NCBI GenBank assembly: GCA_963737065.1 | Contig: CAVTRC010000001.1 | Coordinates: forward strand, 1,632,001-1,696,000 | Direction: 5' to 3' | Source: Candidatus Eremiobacteria bacterium | Lineage (GTDB): Bacteria; Vulcanimicrobiota; Vulcanimicrobiia; Vulcanimicrobiales; Vulcanimicrobiaceae | DNA: 64,000 bases | Shown here: positions 8,100 through 17,748 of the stretch, piece after piece | How positions within the stretch are numbered: the first letter of the stretch is position 1 | Layout of the letters: every line of letters begins with the position of its first letter | Made by a program: the position numbers and the translations under genes | The notes under the pieces: generated by a model | Told to the model about the DNA's origin: nothing | The model's database searches: none | What the model saw: the letters and a program-made list of their open reading frames with translations, nothing else

Positions 8100-9323
8100 T
8101 TAGCTGGACAGTTCTTCGTTTTGGAAAAGGTTCGGCGTGGCGGGATCACGCTTCGGTTTCTTCGCCGCTGCGGCATCAAGTGAGGTAATGGGGCGCGGCG
8201 CGATATCGATCACGGTGATGTCCGGCATGTCGTCGCTCGTAAGCGCCGCCTCGTCCTTCAGTTTGCGGCCCTGCGGAAGCAGGCGTGATTCGTATGTTCC
8301 CACGGTTTCGTTGAATGACGAAACCGTCCGTTCGAGGTTTTTGCCGAGGCCGACCAGTTTATCCGCGAAGCGCGCTGCGCGCTCGTAGAGCTCCCGGCCG
8401 AGGAGCGCGATCCGCTTCGCGTTCTCTTCCTGTTTGACGGCTTGCCAGCCCATCGCGAACGAACGCAAGAGGCTGATGAGCGAAAGCGGACCGGCCACGA
8501 GCACGCCTTTGTCGAGCGCGTATTCGATCAACGCGGGGTTCTCGTTGCAGGCGGCGCTCAAAAATGCTTCGCCGGGGACAAACATGATGACGAAGTCCGC
8601 AGACCCTTCGCTGTGATGATAATTCCGCTTCGCCAGCGCATCGACATGGTCGCCGAGAGCCTTCGCATGGCGCCGAACCAGCTCGCGGCGCGTTTCGTCG
8701 TCGGCCGCTTCGAACGCCGCTTGCAGCGAATCGGTCGGAGCTTTTGCGTCCACAAAGATCCGGCGGTTGCCCGGCAGATTGATCGTCATGTCGGGACGTC
8801 CGCGTCCCGAGTCGATTTCGATCGTTTGCTGTTCGTCGAAGTCGCAGTACACGAGCATGCCGGCCTTTTCGACGACGTTGCGCAGCTGAATCTCGCCCCA
8901 CTTGCCACGAGTCGACGGACTCCGCAGCGCCGTAACGAGGCTCGACGTCTGGCTCGAGAGCGACATCGCGGCCGTTTCGATTTTATCCGCGCGCGCAAGC
9001 AGATTCTCGATCTGCGCCTTGAGGCTTCCCGTGTCTTCGTTACGCTTGCTCTCGATGTCACGGACGAGCCGGTCGAACTCACCGAGTTTTTGAGCGATCG
9101 GCGCGATCACCTCACCGACGCGCTCGCTCGTGCGTTGCGTCGTCGATTCACGCAGCTCGTTCTTCGCGCGTTCCAGGAGCGCTTCGACCGCGTGGATGTT
9201 TTGAGCCGACGCGCTCATGCGTTCCTCGAGCCGCGCGATCCGCGTGCGCTGCGCCAGAAATGCGACCAGCGCGCCGACCACGATGCCGATGATGAGGAAG
9301 CTGAGATCGGAGATCGTCGTCAC
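8100..9323 (-). CDS. rmuC: DNA recombination protein RmuC
   Basis: N-terminal TM helix, coiled coil, RGKWGEIQL, RPD, IFVDAKAP, DFVIMFVPGE. Confidence 0.92.
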   Translation of the reverse strand: MTTISDLSFLIIGIVVGALVAFLAQRTRIARLEERMSASAQNIHAVEALLERAKNELRESTTQRTSERVGEVIAPIAQKLGEFDRLVRDIESKRNEDTGSLKAQIENLLARADKIETAAMSLSSQTSSLVTALRSPSTRGKWGEIQLRNVVEKAGMLVYCDFDEQQTIEIDSGRGRPDMTINLPGNRRIFVDAKAPTDSLQAAFEAADDETRRELVRRHAKALGDHVDALAKRNYHHSEGSADFVIMFVPGEAFLSAACNENPALIEYALDKGVLVAGPLSLISLLRSFAMGWQAVKQEENAKRIALLGRELYERAARFADKLVGLGKNLERTVSSFNETVGTYESRLLPQGRKLKDEAALTSDDMPDITVIDIAPRPITSLDAAAAKKPKRDPATPNLFQNEELSS

Positions 9324-10141
9324 GGTTGAAACCCAAGATTATCCTTGAAAAATGCGATCGTGCGTTTCCACGCATCGTCGGCGGCGGAGGCCACGTACGA
9401 ACTTCGCGTATCGTCGAAAAACGCATGCCCTGCGGCCGGATAAATCCGAATGTCGTTCGCGACGCGAAGGTGCGAGCGCCACGTGCGAACGTCCTCGGCC
9501 GGAATGCTGTGATCTTTTTCGCCGTAGCTTCCACAGACGGGAATGCGGATCTCCGCCGGATCGATGTCTTTCACCGCGCCGTAAAACGGTGCGACGGCAG
9601 CGAAAATGTCCGCGTTGTCGAGCGCTTCGATAAGCGCAAGGTGACCGCCCATGCAGAAACCCGTGACACCGAGCTTACCCTGCGGTGACTTGGAGAGGAC
9701 GTGCAGTGCTGCCGCGCGCATATCGCCGCCGTATTGCTTGCGCTCCAGCTGCGCCGCAAGCGGACGAAACTCGTCCACGTTCGTGCTGCCGTCGCCGCTG
9801 GGAGCATTCATTCGCGAATAAAGGTCCGGAGCTATACAGCTGAATCCAGCTTTCGCATAGCGCCGGACGGTGTCGCGAATCGCTGCGTCGACGCCCCAAA
9901 TGTGCATCGCGATGACGACGCCCGGAGTATTGAGACGAACGTTCTTGGGATACGCGGCGTACGCGTTCACGATGCCGTCGGGACGGCGAAGCTGTGCGCG
10001 CTCTACCGTGAGTGACGGATCGTCCTCCGGAACCAGCGGCGGATGGGGCTGTCCAAGCGGTTCCGCGAGCGCATGCGCGCGCGTCGTCGCCGTGGCGGCG
10101 GCCCCCGCGGCAATGCCCGCGAATTCGCGCCGATTCATCAT
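9320..10141 (-). CDS. Dienelactone hydrolase family protein with Tat-like signal
   Basis: MNRREF N-terminus; GFCMGG nucleophile, EKD, AGHAF. Confidence 0.9.
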   Translation of the reverse strand: MMNRREFAGIAAGAAATATTRAHALAEPLGQPHPPLVPEDDPSLTVERAQLRRPDGIVNAYAAYPKNVRLNTPGVVIAMHIWGVDAAIRDTVRRYAKAGFSCIAPDLYSRMNAPSGDGSTNVDEFRPLAAQLERKQYGGDMRAAALHVLSKSPQGKLGVTGFCMGGHLALIEALDNADIFAAVAPFYGAVKDIDPAEIRIPVCGSYGEKDHSIPAEDVRTWRSHLRVANDIRIYPAAGHAFFDDTRSSYVASAADDAWKRTIAFFKDNLGFQP

Positions 10142-10292
10142 CGCTCAATCCTCCGTGCAACGCTCCGAGCGTATTTGAAGTGTCGAGCGCCGTTTCCCTA
10201 CAGCTTCGGCGTGCAAGCATGAAACGCGCAAATAACGTCGTAGGCCTTCGATACCAGCGACGATGTTTGATAGTCGCGAGAGGAGAACAGGT

Positions 10293-11000
10293 ATGAACCG
10301 TCCGTCGTTTCTCGCCGCTTCCGCGTCGCTCGTAGCGGCGTCGACCGGAATGGCGCCCGCGCAAAGCGTGCCCGGCGGCACGCATCTCGTCGAACGCAAG
10401 GCTGACTTCAACGAGGCGCAGTTCCGGCAAATCGTCGGGCGTCCGGCGAAAATCCGTCAAGTGTTCGAGCAGATCGCGTTTAAGCCGCAGGCGTTGCAGA
10501 ACATCAAGAACTCGCTCAACGGACTGCAGTTCGGATACGGATACAGTCCATCCGAGATTACGATCGCGTTCGCGCCCCACGGCGCCTCGGCTGCGTTGAA
10601 CTACACGGACTACGTCTGGGACAAATACAGACTCGGCGAATTCTTCACCGTCAAGGACGCCCAAGGCGCGACGATTGCGTCGAACGTGTGGTTGAAATCG
10701 AAAGCGACCGGAAGTGCGAACGACGCTCCTGATGACGTGAACGGTGTGCATCAAGACGCGTCGATCGAGGGCTTGCAGAAGCGGGGCGTCATCTTCCTGT
10801 GCTGTCACACCGCGGTGGAAGAGCAAGCGCGCAACCTCGTGAAGCCGGGCGCGCCCGCTGCAGGCGCGAATCCGACGGAAGTCGCGAACGATATACTGAC
10901 GCATCTCATCGCCGGCGCCCTCGTCGTTCCGTCGATGGTGGCAACCGTTGCGGTTCTGCAGCATGAATTCAACTACACGTATGCTGCGCTTACGTTCTAG
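10293..11000 (+). CDS. Exported DsrE/DsrF-like protein
   Basis: GAGGAG RBS; signal MNRPSFLAAS; LQNIKNSLNG, HG, RGVIFLCCHTA, VVPSMVATVAVLQ...YTY resemble the DsrE fold. Confidence 0.6.
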   Translation: MNRPSFLAASASLVAASTGMAPAQSVPGGTHLVERKADFNEAQFRQIVGRPAKIRQVFEQIAFKPQALQNIKNSLNGLQFGYGYSPSEITIAFAPHGASAALNYTDYVWDKYRLGEFFTVKDAQGATIASNVWLKSKATGSANDAPDDVNGVHQDASIEGLQKRGVIFLCCHTAVEEQARNLVKPGAPAAGANPTEVANDILTHLIAGALVVPSMVATVAVLQHEFNYTYAALTF

Positions 11001-11808
11001 TACCGGGACGGCTGCCGTGCTGGCCGCCGCTGCACTGACGGCGGCTTGCTCGTCGAACGGGACGAACGCGCCACAAGCCACAAAACCGGCGCAAGCGCTC
11101 TACGACCCACACGCCTTGCCGAGCGGACCCGTCGGCGAATCGATCAAACTCGGGCACGACATTATCGAAGATACGCATCGATATCTGCCACACAACGCGG
11201 TTGCCGACATGTCGTGCGCCGCGTGTCACGTCGGAGTCGGTACGGTAAAACGCGGCGGCTCGTTCGTCGGCGTGTACGTTCGCTTTCCGCAGTGGAACAA
11301 ACGTGCGCAGCGCGTGATTATGCTGCAAGACCGCATCGCCGAGTGTTTCCTTTACAGCATGAACGGCACACCGCCCGCTTATAACAGTAAGGCGATGATC
11401 GCGATGGCATCATACATGGCGTATCTTTCGCGAAATGTACCGGCGGGCGCGCCGCAAGCGAAGGACGATCGTTTCATCATACCGCTCCCCAGCGCATCTC
11501 CGAACATCAAGCGCGGCGGTACGTTGTACGCGCAGACTTGCGCGACGTGCCACCAGGCAAACGGTGCGGGCGTACACGGAACGTTCCCGCCGCTATGGGG
11601 ACCGACGTCATTCAATTCCGGTGCAGGCATGGCGCACATCGACCGCATGACGGGCTTCGTTCGCTTCAATATGCCGCAGAACGCGCCCGGTTCGCTCTCA
11701 CTCGAGGACGCGTACGACATTTCTGCTTGGGTGCTGAGCCATCCGCGCCCCGCGTTCAACGAGGCGCGGCTTATCGCGCCGGCACCGCAACCCGCGAGCT
11801 ACTTCTGA
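10981..11808 (+). CDS. tsdA: Thiosulfate dehydrogenase-like diheme cytochrome c (lipoprotein)
   Basis: Lipobox LTAAC; heme motifs CAACH and CATCH; RIAECFLYSMNG; PPLWG..SFNSGAGM; NMP. Confidence 0.8.
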   Translation: MLRLRSSTGTAAVLAAAALTAACSSNGTNAPQATKPAQALYDPHALPSGPVGESIKLGHDIIEDTHRYLPHNAVADMSCAACHVGVGTVKRGGSFVGVYVRFPQWNKRAQRVIMLQDRIAECFLYSMNGTPPAYNSKAMIAMASYMAYLSRNVPAGAPQAKDDRFIIPLPSASPNIKRGGTLYAQTCATCHQANGAGVHGTFPPLWGPTSFNSGAGMAHIDRMTGFVRFNMPQNAPGSLSLEDAYDISAWVLSHPRPAFNEARLIAPAPQPASYF

Positions 11809-12040
11809 TCGCGGCTGCCCATCGACGAGCTGTGTGAGAGTCGACACGGGGCGTCGCAAACCTGACTGCGTTTTGCGACGACGCTGACGGCGAAACCGCA
11901 CTCGCTTTTGCCGCTCGCGGCGTGATCTTTGGAGCGACCGTTATCCAACTCGCTTCACTCTTACGAGCTAATCAACCGGTCACGCCGACGTCGCGTGCGT
12001 TCGTCGCCTTCAAATCACGTGCCGTCGTGTGTCAATCCGG

Positions 12041-12184
12041 CTACGCGTACACATCGATCAGACAACCGGGGCCGATCTTCGCCGCCGCATCGATTGTCTC
12101 GAGCGAGAGAACGGGCGCTTGGGTCGCGTCCTCGTACTCCAGCCACGCGGTGGCTGGAATGAATGTCGTCCCTGGTCGTAGCAT
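12041..12184 (-). CDS. Possible 47-aa small protein
   Basis: Manual translation MLRPGTTFIPATAWLEYEDATQAPVLSLETIDAAAKIGPGCLIDVYA; no strong RBS. Confidence 0.35.
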   Translation of the reverse strand: MLRPGTTFIPATAWLEYEDATQAPVLSLETIDAAAKIGPGCLIDVYA

Positions 12185-12252
12185 CTGTGTCTGGAGCGGG
12201 CGTAACATAAAGGCTCGGCTTTTTTTCCCAGCTGGATGGAGTACAAATCAAG

Positions 12253-15200
12253 GTGGCGGACGCGGTAGTCAAAGTGACCCTCCCCGAGATGGGCGAGTCG
12301 GTCACCGAAGGCTCCATCGTCGAGTGGCGCAAACGGGTGGGCGATTTCGTAGCCGAAGGCGATCCTTTGGTCGACGTGACGACGGACAAAGTCGACGTCG
12401 AAGTTCCCGCGACCGCATCAGGCGTGATCACGAACACCTTTGGCGGTGAAGGCGATACGATCGGCGTCGGCACCGTTCTGGCTGAAATCGATACGAGCAA
12501 AGCCGGCACGCCGACGAACGGCAAGGCCGCTGCGCCGTCCAACGGCGCAACGGCGCCGGCACCGCCGGCTGCTCCCGTGCCCGCGGGATCGCCGAAGCTG
12601 ATCGACGTGACGCTGCCCGACATGGGCGAGTCGGTCACGGAAGGTACGATCGTCGAATTTCGCGTGAAGGCCGGTGATTTCGTCAACGAAGGCGACACGA
12701 TCGTTGAAGTTACGACCGACAAAGTCGACGTCGAAGTTCCGGCACCGGCGAGTGGTACTGTCACGCAACTCAACGTGAAAGACGGCGACACCGTGGCCGT
12801 CGGAGCGAGACTAGCGCAGATCGACGCGAACGCTGCGCCGTCGGATGAATCGAACGGTTCGCCTGCGCCGCCGCGGATTGGCGCGGAGCCAGCGGAGCGG
12901 CAACCGCAACGCGCTCGGCGAAGCCGAGACCTGACGTCGTTGCATCACCGCAAGCCCAGCGCATCGCGCGCAAAGCGGATATCGATCTCGCACTCGTTCG
13001 CGGCAGTGGGCCGAACGGCATGGTTCTCCGTTCCGACGTCGTGTCGCAAGCGACGAACGCGAAGCGTAAACCGCCTGCGGGCGGGAATGCAATGCTTCCG
13101 CAGTCACCGGCGATCCCGTCCGGCGCAAACGTCACGCAGCTGAAAGGACCGGCTGCCGCGCTCACCGGCTACATGGAACAGTCGCTGACGATCCCGACGG
13201 CGACGAGCTTCCGCACGTTGGCGGTCGATGTAATGGATGCGCGCCGTAAAGAGCTCAACAATGCGCTCAAGGCGGCGGGACACAGCGAAAAAGTATCGTT
13301 CACCCACATCGTCGCGTATGCGCTCGTGCGCGCGGCGAGCGAGATGCCCTTCATTACGTATAGTTTCCGTCGCGACGACAACGGTGCTCCGCAACGCGTT
13401 GAGTCCGGCATTCATCTCGGTCTTGCCGTTGACGCGGAACGTAAAGACGGCACGCGGTTCTTGGTCGTTCCGGTGATCAAAAACGCCGGCGCACTCGATT
13501 TCTCGACGTTCTACGGCAAGTATCAGGAGCTGGTCGCGAAGGCGCGAGACAACAAGCTCGCCGCAGACGATCTCCAAGGCGCGTCGTTCACGCTCACCAA
13601 TCCGGGTGGCATCGGCACCGTTGCATCGGTTCCACGCCTATTGGCCGGACAGGGCGCGATTCTTGCGAGCGGTGCGATCGGCTATCCGCAGGGATTCCAA
13701 AGCGTGAGTGAAGCGACGCTTCGATCACTCGGCATCAGCAAAGTGATGCAGATGACGAGCACGTACGATCATCGCGTAATTCAAGGCGCGCAGTCCGGGG
13801 AGTATCTGCGCCGCGTCGACGAACTTTTGCAAGGCGCGGACGATTTCTACGAATCGATCTTCGCGGCTCTTGGGCTGCAAGCGGGTCCGGCACCGCATAT
13901 CGATACGAGCGCCGTTGCAACGAAGATAACGCCGGCTGTTGCGCAGCCCGCCGCTGCGCCGAGCGATGAAATGTTACGCGCGGTTGCGGCCGCGATGGCG
14001 ATCGTCTCCGGCTATCGTACGCACGGGCACCTGGCGGCGCATCTCGATCCGCTTGGTTCGCCGCCGCTCGGCGACCCGAAACTCGATCCGGCGACGTACG
14101 GCCTCACGCCCGCCTTGATGGCGGCGATTCCGGCGTCCGTGCTCAACGTCAAAGTTCCCGGCAATACGCTCGCCGAGATTCTGCCTCGGCTCCGGGAAAC
14201 GTACAGTTCGACGATCGCGTACGAGTTCGAACACATTTCGAATACCGAGCAACGGCGCTGGCTGCGCGAAACGATCGAGAGCGGCGCGCACAAGATCGCA
14301 TTTTCGCCGCAGCGGCAAATTCAAATCTTGCAACGCTTGACGAAGGTCGAGACGTTCGAGCGCTACATTCGCAAGACGTTCCTCGGCCAGAAGAGCTTCT
14401 CCGGTGAAGGGCTCGACGTCATGGTGCCGATGCTCGAGGAGATTCTCGACATGCTGGGCGACGAAGGCACGCTCAAGGCCGTGCTCGGCATGGCGCATCG
14501 CGGCCGCCTGACCGTGATCGCGCACGTCGTGAACATGCCGTATGAAGAGCTCCTTTCGGAGTTCGAAGCGGCGCATCAACGAGGCGAAGTTTCCAGTGAC
14601 GACGACGTTACGGGCGACGTGAAGTATCACCACGGTGCGACCGGCGTCTATACGACGAACTCCGGCAAAGACGTTGAAGTGACGCTCCAGCATAATCCGA
14701 GCCATCTCGAAGCCGTCGATCCGGTCGTTGAGGGGCGCACGCGCGCGCTGCAAACCGATCACGCGGGGCCGGCGCCGAAGGTCGATGTTACGAAGGCTGC
14801 GCCGATTTTAATTCACGGCGACGCCGCGTTCACCGGTCAAGGGATCATCTCGGAAGTCTTTAACCTGCAGTCGCTTCCGGGATATCAAACCGGCGGCACG
14901 CTGCATATCATTGCAAACAACCAGATCGGCTTCACGACCGATACACGTGATTCGCGCTCGACCCGCTATGCCTCCGATCTCGCAAAGGGCTTCGACGTTC
15001 CGATCATCCACGTGAATGCCGACGACGTCGATGCGTGCATCTCGGCCGTGCATCTGGCGGTGGAATTCCGTGAGAAGTTCGGTCGCGACGCCGTGATCGA
15101 TCTCATCGGCTATCGGCGGTTCGGCCACAACGAACAGGACGAGCCGGCGTATACGCAACCCCTGATGTACGAGAAAATCAAGTCGCATCCGACGGCTCGT

Positions 15201-16538
15201 GAACTTTTCGCGAACAAGTTGATCGCGCAGGGCATTTTGGCGCAAGAACAGGCGAACGAGATGGTCGCCGAAGCGCAAACGCGTCTCCAAGAAGCGTATC
15301 GCAACGTCAAGGAGTACCGCAGCAGAGGGATGCTCGAGAAGATCGCGCAAGGCGCGCAGCTTCCGACCGCACAACTTGCCGCCGTCGACAAGTCGCAATT
15401 GCTGGAATGGTGCGACGCGCTCGTTGCGGTCCCGCAGGCTTTCTCAACCAACAAAAAGCTGACGGCGCAATTCCAGCGCCGCAAAGCGACGATCGCGGAG
15501 AAAGGCGTCGTCGATTGGGGGATGGCCGAAGCGCTTGCGTTCGCGTCGCTCCTTTCGTCCGGCGTACCGATTCGCGTCACCGGTCAAGATACGGAACGGG
15601 GAACGTTTAGCCACCGCCACGCCGTGCTGCACGATCCCGGCACGAACTCGGAATACGTGCCGTTGCAGCACCTCGCGGAGTCAAAGGCGAGTTTCGAAAT
15701 ACACAACAGCCCTCTATCAGAATACGCGTGCGTCGGCTTCGAGTACGGCTATGCTGCCGCGGTGCCCAAGTCGCTCGTGTTGTGGGAGGCGCAATTCGGC
15801 GACTTCGTGAACGGCGCGCAGATCGTTATCGATCAGTTCATCGCCGCCGGCCAAGCGAAATGGGGACAGACGTCGCGTTTGACGCTCTTGCTGCCGCACG
15901 GCTACGAAGGACAAGGTCCGGAACATTCCAGCGCGCGTCTCGAGCGCTTTTTGCAACTCGCGGCCGAAGGCAATCTCCGCGTCGCCTATCCGTCGACCGC
16001 CGCGAACTACTATCATTTGCTGCGCGAACAAGCGGCGTCGAGAGCGCCGGTTCCGCTTGTCGTCATGACGCCGAAATCGCTGCTGCGCGCGGAAGCGGCG
16101 TCCGGATCGATCGACGATATGGCAACCGGAAAATTCCATCCGGTGATCGATGATCCGACCGTTACGGACAAGAGCACGGTAGAGCGGATTTTGCTATGCA
16201 GCGGTAAGATTTATTACGATCTGATTGCAAGCGAACTCTATCCGAACATCAAAAAGACTGCCATCGTTCGCATCGAGCTGCTTTCACCGATGCCTGCTGA
16301 TGAAATCAACGCGCTGCTGGACACGTATCCGAATCTTAAATCGCTCGTGTGGGTGCAAGAAGAGCCAAAGAATATGGGCGCTCGCGCGTACGCGCGCCGC
16401 CGTTTGCTCGAACGTCTCAAACGCCCGCTCGACATCGGCTATGCCGGCCGCGGCTACCGCGCCTCACCGTCCGAGGGTTATCCGGGCGCGCACGCGGTCG
16501 AACAAGAACGCGTCGTGACCATGGCGCTCACGGAATAA
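12253..16538 (+). CDS. kgd: Multifunctional 2-oxoglutarate dehydrogenase: 2 lipoyl domains + E3-binding + E2 succinyltransferase + E1, with a frameshift near 12850-12930
   Basis: VTTDKVDVEVP twice in ORF 12253; ASPQAQRIARKADIDL..VRGSGPNG in the frame of ORF 13020; YDHRVIQG; GMAHRGRL; HGDAAF; LPHGYEGQGPEHSSAR. Confidence 0.88.
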
Positions 16539-16542
16539 GGTC

Positions 16543-16686
16543 GTGCAGCACACGCGTCGCCGACTGATGTTGTTCATCATATCAGGCGGCGTGATAGCGG
16601 TCATTGCCGAAGTCGCCGCCGTCGTCTGCTTCGTGAATTTGATGATCGGCGCCACCCGAACGCTGCGCGAGGCTCGTGGAAAATAA
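16543..16686 (+). CDS. Possible small single-pass membrane protein (47 aa)
   Basis: Manual translation MQHTRRRLMLFIISGGVIAVIAEVAAVVCFVNLMIGATRTLREARGK; fills the gap between kgd and the CMD gene. Confidence 0.45.
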   Translation: MQHTRRRLMLFIISGGVIAVIAEVAAVVCFVNLMIGATRTLREARGK

Positions 16687-17065
16687 GGCATCGCGCGGCG
16701 AAGAGCTTATGCGTCTCGTCGACGGCGATAAGGCGACGGAGAATTTGCTCGAAGCCTACGGCGAGATCGCGCCGGACTTTGCGCGCTACCTCATCGATTT
16801 TGCGTTCGGTGAAATTTATGCGCGCGAAGGCGATCTGAAACATCGCGAGATCGTCGCAATCGCATCCCTTACCACCATGGGGGGCTGCGACGCGCAGCTC
16901 GAAACGCACATTCACGGCGCATTCAACGTGGGATTGACGGAACCGGAAGTCGTGGAAACGGTCATGACGTTGATTCCGTACATCGGCTTTCCGAGGGCCC
17001 TGAGCGCGATGGCGATCGTGAAACGCGTCGTAGAAAAGCGGCGCCGTCGCAACCGCTCATCGTGA
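16676..17065 (+). CDS. Carboxymuconolactone decarboxylase (CMD) family protein
   Basis: FAFGEIYAR...REIV...QLETHIHGAFNVG...YIGFPRA. Confidence 0.88.
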   Translation: MENKASRGEELMRLVDGDKATENLLEAYGEIAPDFARYLIDFAFGEIYAREGDLKHREIVAIASLTTMGGCDAQLETHIHGAFNVGLTEPEVVETVMTLIPYIGFPRALSAMAIVKRVVEKRRRRNRSS

Positions 17066-17109
17066 GCTCGCCGCCGAAGGATGCAATCCTTCGACGAGCT
17101 GAGCATGAC
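17057..17109. repeat. Empty degenerate REP-like dimer related to the IR at 4771/5104
   Basis: Right arm tccttcgacgagctgagcatgac matches tccttcgacaagctcaggatgac at 20/23; left arm tcatcgtgagctcgccgccgaagga. Confidence 0.8.
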
Positions 17110-17115
17110 GCGGTG

Positions 17116-17619
17116 TTACTGCGGTGGACGGCGATCGCGGTCGCGATGGCGATACTGGCCGTTGTACCCGTAGTATCCGCCGTTGCCGTAGCCGCCGTTG
17201 TTATAGCTGCCGTTACTGTAATAGCCGCCGTTGTTGTAGCCACCGTTGTTGTAGCCGCCGTTGTTGTAGCCGCCGTTATACCCGTAGCCGTTCTGACCGT
17301 TGATGTAACACTGCTGGCCGTTGCAGGCGACCTGCTCGCCTTGGTTTCCCGGATACCACGAGTAACCGTTGGGTGCGACGACATGTCCGTCGGCATAGAC
17401 CGTACTTCCGTCCGGCAAGTATCCCGTCACCGTCGTGGCTTCACGATGCTTGTTCGAGACGTTGATCGCGGTGGCGATGCCGGCAATCGCTGCCGCAGCG
17501 CCGATGATCGTGCGCGTTGTAGCTGCGCCGTCGGCGCGTGCAGGCGCGGCGATCGAGGTCATCATGACCCAGGTGAGCGCGAGTCCCGCAACGGCGGAGC
17601 GAATCAGTGAAGTGTTCAT
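17116..17619 (-). CDS. Secreted Gly/Tyr/Asn-rich protein with YNNGG repeats
   Basis: Signal peptide (PARA-D), hydrophobic Gly/Ala segment, low-complexity C-terminus. Confidence 0.75.
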   Translation of the reverse strand: MNTSLIRSAVAGLALTWVMMTSIAAPARADGAATTRTIIGAAAAIAGIATAINVSNKHREATTVTGYLPDGSTVYADGHVVAPNGYSWYPGNQGEQVACNGQQCYINGQNGYGYNGGYNNGGYNNGGYNNGGYYSNGSYNNGGYGNGGYYGYNGQYRHRDRDRRPPQ

Positions 17620-17748
17620 GCTTAGACGGTAGTCTTGGTTTTTGACAAATGTTTGAGGTGTAACCGCCCTGCATTAGAGAACAATGAAAGGAGCGTTTGC
17701 GCGTTCAGCGCGAATGAGTCGCTGCTCGTTTGCTTTGTGGAGGGATGC

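Noticed and set aside
17642..17675. TTGACA as a sigma70 -35 box for the prolyl oligopeptidase
   Set aside because: No convincing -10 hexamer at 16-18 bp spacing.
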